Shown here piece after piece: positions 54,629-64,000 of a DNA stretch of 64,000 bases. Source of the DNA: Lama glama. Its lineage: Eukaryota. The position numbers were made by a program, and so were the translations under genes. The stretch lies in contig CM052816.1 of assembly GCA_028534125.1 (NCBI GenBank), positions 54,376,001-54,440,000 on the forward strand, read 5' to 3'. Below the pieces are notes generated by a model. That model worked only from the letters and a program-made list of their open reading frames with translations. It was not told where the DNA came from and made no database searches. The number at the start of each line of letters is the position of its first letter. Position 1 is the first letter of the stretch.

Positions 54629-56744
54629 ACATACCCTCAAAGGGACCTCACTGGAATCTCTCTCTCAGCCATCACCCTGCATGGCACAGGTGTAGTGTGT
54701 GGAGCAAACCCACTGGTCGACAGTCTGGGCAGCTCCCATGAGACAGAAAGGGTTTCAGGCAACGAACAGACAGATACCCTCTAAGGTGCGGAGAGGGAGG
54801 GCTGCAAGTCTAGTTGCTAGCCATCAGTTACCCTACTTTGTTTAAATGCTAGTGATTAAGTCGAAACAAAATGGCATAAATGACAGCAAAACATAGAAAA
54901 ATAAATGTGGTTCCCAGAGTCTGGCCAAGCCGTTATCAATCAATGCTTCATTTCATCTTGGTTTCCAATACGTACCAAAGAGAAATATTTAGCAATCTTT
55001 TCACTTCCACTTCTCGAAAGGCCTTGGGCTACCATGTAGAGATGATCAGATCTATCCTTTCCCCACTCCATGGAGACAACATTCTCACCATCACATCTAC
55101 ATGCACTGTACAGCGAGTTCCTGTCGTAAGGACTACAGGCTGGTTTTAACCTTCCTGGGAGAATTCTAACAGAATGACTTCTGACTTTGTTAAGCTATTA
55201 GACTTTTCCTAAATTTTTAAAAGGTCTCAGGCCATTTTTTATTTCTGGGCATTTAAGAACAAAAGAATACAGCTATTTTTCAAACAGATTTAATCAGAGG
55301 TCTCTTCACCATCCTATAGAATTGAAGGATGGTCTTGATCAGTTGTTCCTAATTTGTTTCTTTATCTACATTCAGTATCAGAACAGTCATGATTTTATTT
55401 TTCCCCCCACTTTTCTGATGAAGAAACAAGATACTTTGGGAAAATGTACCAACGATTAAGAAGTGAGCCTCAGTGGAAATTATTAATAAAATGCCCAAGA
55501 ATATGTTTTTACTATGAAATTAATTAATATTCAAATCCTAGGAAACTGATGTCTATGGAGGTACTTAATATTTCCTAATTTACCAAATCATTAAATTGTA
55601 TATCAAATTTTTCCAGAAGCATTCACATAAATAGTGGCTAATTTTTAAACATCACTTTTTAAATGCTCCTTAGAGAAAGAGACCTCTTATTTTCCAAACC
55701 AGATGGTAAACAGATGAGCTAATTTCCAAGAAAAACTTTAAATTCAGCAAGATTTTAAACTTTTACAGCCACATTAGAGCTTTTCAAATGATTCTTGAAC
55801 AAATTAGCCGGTTCTTTACATTTCAATAGTACAGTTAAGTGTAAATGAGAGCTTTATTTGTATACTGAAACTTTTTCCACATGTAACAGGATATTAAATG
55901 GCCGAAAGCTGAAATAAGACTCACCACACTATAAACTCTCAACTACATAAGACTTGGCAGAGGGTAAGACAAAGAACCACCAAACTGCTCCATGAGAGGA
56001 GGTATTTAGTAACCAAGAAGTTAAAAAACCCTGAAAGGGCCAATGCCCCATCTTTTACCTCTTATCGTCTTTGCCCAGACCCTGAGAAAACTGCAGGAGG
56101 AGGTGGAGTAAGGATAACCGAGATGAAGGAACACACAGCCTCTCTTGGCTGCAGGTTGTCAAGACAAGGGCAGCCTTGAACTGGAGGAAGCGCAGAAGCA
56201 CTGAATTGGATGATGAGGGATGGGAGTTTTGATTTAGATCAGATTGGACTTTTTAATAACTGAAAGTGAGACTCAAAAGCTGTGACAGATCCCTGAGATA
56301 TAATCCAGAGATGCAGCAGAAAGATCTAACAGAACAGGTTTGAAAGAGATGATGGGAGAGAAACAAATCTGTTTTCTGATGGCATCCTATCAGGTCCAGC
56401 CTGTTTTTAAAGTGTAGGGCTCTCTGTCATCTACTGTTTTCAGTTTTAGGCCATGGAGAAATCTAAGAACACCTAATGATTAAATATTAAATCAAAGTTA
56501 CAGCATGAAGCAAACATGTTTGCTCTCGAATCCCATTATGTGCTTTGTAAACCCCTTACCATTGTCCACAAGGTCTTATGTAACCTAGACCCTGCCTGTC
56601 TCTCTGGCCTACCATGGACCATGCCTCAACTCACTCTGCTTCAAACACACTGGACTGCTTTGCATTCTTCCAACACTCAAACTCTTCCTGACCTCAGGAC
56701 CTTTGCATGTACCTTTTCTTCTGCCTGGAACATTCTTCCCCAAA

Positions 56745-57340
56745 CTATTGAGAAAAAGGTGTTGAAATCTCTGGATATAAATGTAGATTCATCTATTTCT
56801 CTTTTCAATTCTACCAGTTTTTATTTCAATGTATTTTGAAGTCTTATTACTACATGCATAATTGTTTAGTTCTGTCATTGATTCACTGGCACCTTTTTGA
56901 TTATGAAGTGATAATATTTATCACTGATAATATTCTTAGCTCTCAAATTCATTTTGCTTGATATTAATGTAGCTGCTTCAGCTTTCTTTTGATTAGTGTT
57001 AGCATGGTGTCTATCCTGTTACTTAAAACCTATTTGTATCTTTATATTTAAGGTGGGTTTCTTATTGACAGCATACAGTTGAGTCTCACCTTTTCTTTCA
57101 TCCAATCTGATCATCTCTGCCTTTTGACTGAGGTGTTTAGACCACTGACATTTAATGTCATTATTGATATGGTTAGCTTTAAACTATCAACTTGCTCTTT
57201 GTTTTCTACTTGTCTCCTCTGTTCTTGGTTGACATTTTCCTTTTTTTCTGCTTCCTTTTGGATTTAATAAGTATTTTAAAAAATATTCAATTCATTTTAT
57301 CTTCTATGTTATTTTATTAGGTATATCTTTTTTTTGGTGG
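56745..57340 (-). mobile_element. Old L1 ORF2 (endonuclease-region) fragment
   Basis: T-rich reverse L1: gtgttgaaatctc...tccaatctgatcatctctgccttttgactgaggtgtttagaccactgacatttaatg. Confidence 0.8.
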
Positions 57341-58366
57341 TTGACTTATCACATTCTTTGTTCTTTATTGTTCAGTTCATTTCTATTACCCCGGCACCTG
57401 GAAAAATGCCTCAAACCTAGATGAGGTTCGATAAAGTGCTGTTGAATAAATTGGTAACAGAGCTAAGAAAAATACCAATTTTGGGTTCAAAACATGGAAT
57501 GTTTATTCTAGTTAACAGAATTTCTAATCAAATAAGGACTATTCCGAAAGCTATATACTTCAACTTTTTTATTGTTTTGAGAGTTTTTTCTTCAAATGCA
57601 ATAGTTGGCTCTTCATGCCTTCCAAGTTTAGTGTATTAGAAATAACTCTGTGGTAACTCATTCTTATTATTCTAAACATCTGTGAAGTTGATGTCTCAAC
57701 ACAGAAACGGCAGAGAAGGTATAGAATGGAATAAACCTGTACAGAGCTCAGGATGCACCCTAGATGTTATTTATTTAGTTTTTCTCTTTTTTTGAAGAAA
57801 ATCTTAGTGTGGCATGCTTTCTCTGTAATCTGCCTTTGTCCTTGACATAGACAGGAAAAAATTCTTCCAGCTGTTGAAGACAAACGGGGCATACTTACTA
57901 TACGGTGAAATAGCGTTAAGATGGAAAAACCACTTCTGTGTCAGGCTGATAGAAACCAGTATAGAATTTAAAAAATGAAATTGAATCAAATGAGATTACA
58001 ATAAGAATAGTAATGTACTAGTAAATGTTGAAGGCATAATGAAATTGCCCACACACTTAGATGTAGTCAGGACACGATAAGTAGACCACACAACGCATTA
58101 GAACAGGTCCCACAAGGGTTACACTTCTTTGTGGTACAAAAAATATGACTCCATCCCTGCCTTCATGTATTATTTCCAGTTTATGATTCTCTAGGGCAAA
58201 ACTATTCTGAAGACATGAAAACAGATTACCATAACTAATAATTAAATGATGATAAATGGCAAATAACTGTAAATAACCCTTCCTGCAGAGATAAAGGATA
58301 CTCACACAATTAAATTGTACCTTGTCTGAACCAAAGCTTTTAAACAGTGATTAATAGCAAATACAG

Positions 58367-59023
58367 TATGGAGATTCCTTAAAAGACTAGGAATAGACTT
58401 ACCATATGACCCAGGAATCCCGCTCCTGGGCATATATCCACTAGGAACCCTACTTCAAAATGACACCTGCACCCCAAGGTTCATAGCAGCATTATTTACA
58501 ATAGCCAAGACATGGAAACAGCCTAAATGTCCATCAACAGATGACAGGATAAAGATGTGGTATATTTATACAATGGAATACTACTCAGCCATAAAAACCG
58601 ACAACATAACGCCATTTGCAGCAACATGGATGCTCCTGGAGAATGTCATTCTAAGTGAAGTAAGCCAGAAAGAGAAAGAAAAATACCATATGAGATCGCT
58701 CATATGTGGAACCTAAAAAACAAACAAACAAAGCATAAATACAAAACAGAAATAGACTCACAGACATAGAATACAAACTTGTGGTTGCCAAGGGAGCGGG
58801 GAGTGGAAAGAGATAGATTGGGATTTCAAAATTGTAGAATAGATAAACAAGATTATACTGTATAGCACAGGGAAATATATACAAGATTTTATGGTAGCTC
58901 ACAGAGAAAAAAATGTGACAATGAATATACATATGTTCATGTATAACTGAAAAATTGTGCTCTACACTGGAATTTGACACAACATTGTAAAATGATTATA
59001 AATCGATAAAAAATGTTTTAAAA
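58367..59023 (+). mobile_element. Young 5'-truncated L1, same subfamily as 27872-28454, with TSD
   Basis: Near-identical 3'UTR to the 28 kb copy (e.g. aaaattgtgctctacactggaatttgacacaacattgtaaaatgattata). TSD aatagcaaatacag (58353-58366) / aataacaaatacag (59024-59037). Confidence 0.93.
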
Positions 59024-60438
59024 AATAACAAATACAGATCACCTTCTAAATCTACAAATCCCTGCTACAAAGAGAACCCTCTATAAACTTAAAAAGTTCA
59101 AGGAATCAGTTCAACTAGCATTTTCTCTGTAAACCACAGCAATGATGAACACCATTAGCCAGCAGGTATTCTCATGGAACTTCCAGAAGAGAGGATAAAG
59201 TGGGCTCAGACAGGGTCCTTGAGCGTTGGTCTCTTTGGGGCTTATTTCTCCTTCATGATGGGACCCTGCTGGTGTAGTGGTATGCAGTGCTTGTATCGTA
59301 ACATTTAGGTCACAATCAACATTGAGTCTGTGTACGCGTGTGTGTGAGAGGGTACAGGTGTGCATATGTATATGCATACACAGATATATGGAGGAAAATA
59401 AACATGAGTGTAGTCCTTCATTTACTGATGGGAACACAGAACCTCTCCAGATACCACTAAACTCCTAACTAAACACATGCCAGGTCTCAAGCTGATCTGT
59501 ACTACAACCACCTCTACCACCTATTCCTTCCCAGCACAGTCAGGCAGGCAAAAGGAAAAAGTAAATACTCAAATTAGGAATCAACAAGGAGGCCCCCGAC
59601 TTCCCATCTCTGAACTCATTAAATGATTCTAAAATTTGGAAAGCAAGAATCAACCTTCTGCTGAGGCAGCTGAGGTGTAGCGTTCTTCAGAGGCTGGAAC
59701 AGGTCCTGGCTTTGTGCCCTGTGATACAGGGCATCCCTTCCAGGCACCAGGAAGGCAGATGACGTGCATCCACACATACACGTGCACATGTGCTCCGGGA
59801 AGGGGTGCTGCATCCCCCAGTTTACTGTGAAAAGCCCACAATCCTGCTGCACCTGGAGAATGGAAGGCTGGCTCCCCCACTCATGGGTGTCAAGGCTGGA
59901 GAATAAAGGCCTTACTTAGTCATCACTGAAACATGTACAGTTCCTTCTCCTTTTTTGACCAAGGGCGGTCCCCAGCAAGGACTGCCAGGTCTTCCATCCT
60001 CTCCAAGTCTGACACTGCCTGAGAGCCTTCATAGCCTCAGTGAAATGGTGCTGAGGGCATCCGCCCTAGGAACAGGCAGAGAAAACCTACTATCCCTGAA
60101 AGGCGACTCAGCCCCTAAAGGGAAGTGACCAAACTGACATCAGGTGGGTTTCACTAACAGGAGAGATGAAAGAAAACATTAAAGAACAAAAGAATGCAAA
60201 TGCGCAAAATAATATAATTAACATCATGTAATTTTTGTATTAAACAAAAATATTTCCTGAAGCTAAAATTAAAAAAAAAATTTTTTCACTTTAAATTAAC
60301 TTTTATTCATTTTATTTTATTTTGCTTTTGTTTTTTCTTCTACTTTTACTGATATATAATTAAGTTTTCTTAAACTTTTAAAGTTGAATAACCTAACTAA
60401 GAATATTCTCTCCCAGGAACAAAATAAGTAGGCTGGAA

Positions 60439-60660
60439 CAGGAGTTGGCAAACTTTCTGTAAAGGTCAAGTTAGTAAATACTTTTGACTTTGTGGGCCAT
60501 ATGGTCTCTGTTGAAGTTGCCCAACTTTGCCATTGTAGCATGAAGGCAGCCATAGATAATACATACATAAATGAGTTTGGCTGTGTTCCCATGAAAATTT
60601 ATTTATAGAAACAGGTAGCAGGATGGTTTTGGCAAGCAATCTGAAGTTTGTAGATCCCTG
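60439..60660 (+). mobile_element. hAT-Charlie MITE (MER58A-like)
   Basis: caggagttggcaaactttctgtaaagg...tttgtgggccatatggtctctg...ggctgtgttcccatgaaaatttattta...gtttgtagatccctg; TIR pair present. Confidence 0.85.
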
Positions 60661-60869
60661 GTCTAGAAGGTCAAATAAAAAATCTATCACAACACGGGAA
60701 AAAAAGGAAAAAAAAATAGATCAGATACAAAAACTAACAGTCTTCCCCTGCACTAACATTACTCTTTAAACAAACAGAAAACCAATCCATACATGATAGC
60801 AACAACAGTTATAAAACTCAGAAAGGAAATTGATAAATATTAAGAAAATTATACACTTAAAAAAATTAA

Positions 60870-61170
60870 TATTTAAAGTTGAATTAATATAAAAAATTCC
60901 AATCCAAATCCCAACAGCGTTTATAGGAGAAACAAGAGCAATTACTTCAAAGTTCTTATGGAACATTACTTCAGATTTGCCAAGACAATTTTGCAGAATA
61001 AAGAATAGTGCAGGGAGATTTTCTCCACCAGATATAACCATATTATAAAGCCATGGAGAGATAGGTATGGCTCAGTGGCAGAGTGCGTGCTTAGCATGCA
61101 CAAGGTCCGGGGTTCAATCCCCAGTACCTCCATTAAAAAAAAAAAAGGCATGCAGTAGTGGCACGTCCAT
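60870..61170 (+). mobile_element. Old L1 ORF2 fragment hosting a SINE
   Basis: aattccaatccaaatcccaacagcg...gccaagacaattttgcagaataaagaatag...ccagatataaccatattataaagcca. Confidence 0.65.
61056..61143 (+). mobile_element. tRNA-Ala-derived SINE (camelid vic-1 type), short form
   Basis: ggtatggctcagtggcagagtgcgtgcttagcatgcacaaggtccggggttcaatccccagtacctccatt + polyA; TSD-like aaagccatg / aaaggcatg. Confidence 0.88.
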
Positions 61171-62308
61171 GAAGCCTGCCCTGCCTATAGCATAACCAGA
61201 GACAGAGTGCACTGAAAACTTCAATTAACTCACACAGAGGGAAACGAACATCTGAAAACAGCAGAAATCTTGCCAGAGAAGACAGTCAGGTGGCCACTCC
61301 TGGTTCTGGTAGCAGAACGGATGAAAATCACCTCCAGTGTGGAAATACTGAAAAAAGTCTGATACTTGGACACCAGGGAAATGAAAGGAAGGGCTGGAAA
61401 GTCAGTGGGACCAAAGATGGAGGTTTTGGGAGACATCACTTCTGGAGGGAGGGAGATGACTTGGAGGATCACATCCCTTGGATGCTTGATGGTGAGGGGA
61501 AAAAAAGGAAGAAGCAAGCAATAGAAATTAAGGGTCCTTTGAAAAGAAAAGAGATTCACAAAATCAAAAGACATATCCCGTGCTGTCCTTTCCCCAAAAG
61601 GCACCATTTATTAAACCGACAGTTCCCTGCACCGAGAGAAGATGCACACAAGCTAAGAAACCTAGTGGGCTGTCATCTCTGCCCGCACAGAATCACCAGC
61701 TATTGCTGGTCCAGCCATGAAAACATAAGACACTTCAAGATGAACAGAAAACTGCAGGCACATGTGAAATCAGCCAACGTTGAAGAATTTATTGTGATGA
61801 AAAGAAATTAATTCCAATTATGACTCTTTTCATTTCAGGTTATAACTAATGTTCCATTATTCACCTGTATTTTAGAAGTAGAAATTAGATACAAAAGAAA
61901 AACAAAACAAAACCCAAAAGCTCAAAAAGAAAGAAAAAAAAGGAAGATCAGCTCGTTTCTGAGAAAGGCAGAAGGAAACGAAGTGCGTCATTACACACCT
62001 GGCTCTGGGGGTTGCTGTAACAATACAGTGACTAGAGAAAAGAGGCGGTGAAAAAGCCCATTAGAGACGGGAATCTTAAAAGAGAGCGTCAACCTATCAT
62101 TCTTCTGAGCAATTATTTCAATTTTTTAAATGACTGAATTTTCTAAATTGGAAAGCATTTATTCAAGTAGTTCTGAGATCTTTTCTGTCTACTTTTGAGG
62201 CAGTTGTTCACTGTGATTCTCTTCTGGGCATAATTCATATTTATTTTTTAACTTAAGACTTTCACAATGTCCAAGGTATCTCTCTATTTCTCAAGACTTA
62301 ACACTTAC

Positions 62309-62332
62309 AGTTCTTTCAAGGAGTTCCATCAT
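62309..62332 (-). CDS. PDE8B: Candidate alternative first coding exon of PDE8B (MMELLERT)
   Basis: Minus strand ATG ATG GAA CTC CTT GAA AGA ACT|gtaagt: phase-0 consensus donor compatible with the phase-0 exon at 21748. An X-box lies just upstream. No transcript evidence available. Confidence 0.45.
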
Positions 62333-62342
62333 ATATAATCTG

Positions 62343-62355
62343 GTTGCTAAGCAAC
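62343..62355. promoter_or_regulatory. RFX X-box palindrome GTTGCTAAGCAAC
   Basis: Inverted half-sites GTTGC/GCAAC around a 3-bp centre, close to the RFX consensus GTTGCCATGGCAAC; 10 bp from the candidate ATG. Confidence 0.5.
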
Positions 62356-63345
62356 AGGGTTCTTTTGACGAACTGTCATCACAATAGAGAAGGACTGGAT
62401 CTGAAAGGTACAGAGTAAAATCTTTCAAGTAAAGATACAGTCGTATAGATTATTCTACTTATTGATTCCACAAAACTTCCTACTGCCTTATTTCTTTTTG
62501 GTAACCTTTTAGGCTTCATTAATGAAAAGAATAGGAAAGCATACTTCATACTGATGGTAATTAAAACTCATAAAACATGGAATACTCAAGCTTCATTAGA
62601 GTCCATCTACAATCATATTAAATCCATCCACTGAGCAGTTAGGCATATGTCAATTTAAGTTAAGAGAAAAATATTTTCTTTTCCTATTATGCATTGTGTG
62701 ACCAAGGATATCACTTAAGATTGCCCTTCCTGTAACGTTCAATATCAGTTTCACACCAGGACTGTGCAATTAAAATGCTAGCTGTCTCAAGCTTTTCCTC
62801 TAAAACTCTTGCTCCAGTCTTCCAGGCTATCTTCAGAGGATGATGTCAAATGCAAATGTTGAAACATAACAATGTTCACTGTAAGTTGTCTTCATGCCAC
62901 TGAAATTTAAAATGAATAAAATAAATATATACATGGGGCAATCTTCAGTTTCCTTTTCTCTCACTATTGGAAGATTTCTCTAAGAAGCAGAATGAAACTG
63001 TTAATATTTTGAGTGGCTTTTGCCAATAATTCTGAAGGCCGGTGCTTTGGAGATAGGAATTTGGATCTGAAGATGTGAACGAAGAAAACTGTTAAGAAAT
63101 ATGTATCAGTAACAACAAGAGGCACCTATCACAGTCAACTATTTTTCTCTCCAGCCTCACTTGTATTAATAATTAATTAGGCATCTCCACGTACCAAGTG
63201 GTACCTGACTACTGCATTGCATTATCCTTTAAAATGCATATCATTTATGGTAGGATTGCAACACACTTGGAACACTGTTTTCTTCATGATTACTTTGAGC
63301 CAAGACATTCATACATGAAAATACAAACTGCCCGCAGAAGAATGC

Positions 63346-63486
63346 TTGATGATGCCCTAACCCAGATGTTCACCCTGATGATGCCCTAACCCAGATGTTC
63401 ACCTGATGATGCCCTAACCCAGATGTTCACCTGATGATGCCCTAACCCAGATGTGCACCTGATGATGCCCTAACCCAGATGTGCAC
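63346..63486. repeat. 28-bp minisatellite, 5 copies (CTGATGATGCCCTAACCCAGATGT[T/G]CAC)
   Basis: Copies at 63346, 63375, 63403, 63431 and 63459; one extra C after copy 1; the first three end gttcac and the last two gtgcac. Confidence 0.95.
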
Positions 63487-64000
63487 CCAGCGAGTCAGGA
63501 GACTGCAGCCTGCTCCTTGCACACTGAGTAATCTGCTGGCTGCCTTTTCTTGGCCTGTGTTTATAGAAAAAAATAACTTCTATCACGTAAATGATATTTG
63601 CTCTCTAAAAGTACAATGCTTTACTCCATAAGAGGATGTGATTCCTAGGTGGAGAGACCAGACTTGGTAAAATGTGACCTCAATGAAAAGATTGAAATAT
63701 AGAATTATTTGCTCAAATTCTAATGCTTTGAAGATGGTAATAGAAAAATTAATGGAAATATTGATCAGAAATATGATTCTTTTCTACCAAAGCACCAGTT
63801 TTCAACCATTCAAAAACTTCTCACTCCTCAAAGGCTACCTCTGTTAGAAGGAAGGATAAGACAGTTATATCTACACCTCCCCCCCAAATAAATATAGTGC
63901 CAACCCCTTTGTAGTTATCTCCCAAAAGGGAAATGTGCAGAAAAGGGCTCCCCAAAGGATATTCCTCAAACAAACAACAACAAACACAATTAATAGGGCC

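Noticed and set aside
61056..61135. tRNA-Ala(AGC) genes (also 28885-28962)
   Set aside because: Degenerate stems, polyA tails rather than T-run terminators, and insertion within L1 fragments indicate SINEs.
61230..61811. Longest clean ORFs (173 aa plus, 125 aa minus)
   Set aside because: Non-ATG start, no recognisable domain and no splice context; consistent with chance ORFs in purine-rich intronic DNA.
63346..63486. CRISPR-like array or C/D snoRNA cluster (28-bp repeats containing TGATGA and CTGA)
   Set aside because: The units are head-to-tail with no unique spacers and there are no cas genes in this mammalian context. The box motifs overlap within a 28-bp unit with no room for guide or terminal stem, so it is an ordinary minisatellite.

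Overview
Mammalian genomic DNA, most likely camelid (inferred from two tRNA-Ala-derived vic-1-type SINEs). The window covers part of PDE8B (high-affinity cAMP phosphodiesterase 8B) on the minus strand: four canonical internal coding exons (equivalent to human exons 2-5, REC-domain region) at 21689-21748, 9590-9780, 6273-6332 and 3890-3947, with consistent splice phases. About 42 kb of the large first intron lies above 21.7 kb; canonical exon 1 and exon 6 were not found in the window. The rest is intronic: an LSM3 processed pseudogene with TSDs, young and ancient L1 pieces, an MLT1 LTR, DNA-transposon fossils, MIR/L2, microsatellites, a 28-bp minisatellite and two 500-N assembly gaps. There are no prokaryotic systems or CRISPR arrays, and most ORFs in the supplied track are spurious. 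The best leads are (1) a candidate alternative coding first exon (MMELLERT, phase-0 GTAAGT donor) next to a palindromic RFX X-box at 62.3 kb, (2) a candidate CCAAT/CRE/TATA internal promoter with tandem donors at 29.9-30.1 kb, and (3) an ancient diverged local duplication at 2.85-3.53 kb. Repeat family names are from recalled consensus sequences and repeat boundaries are approximate.
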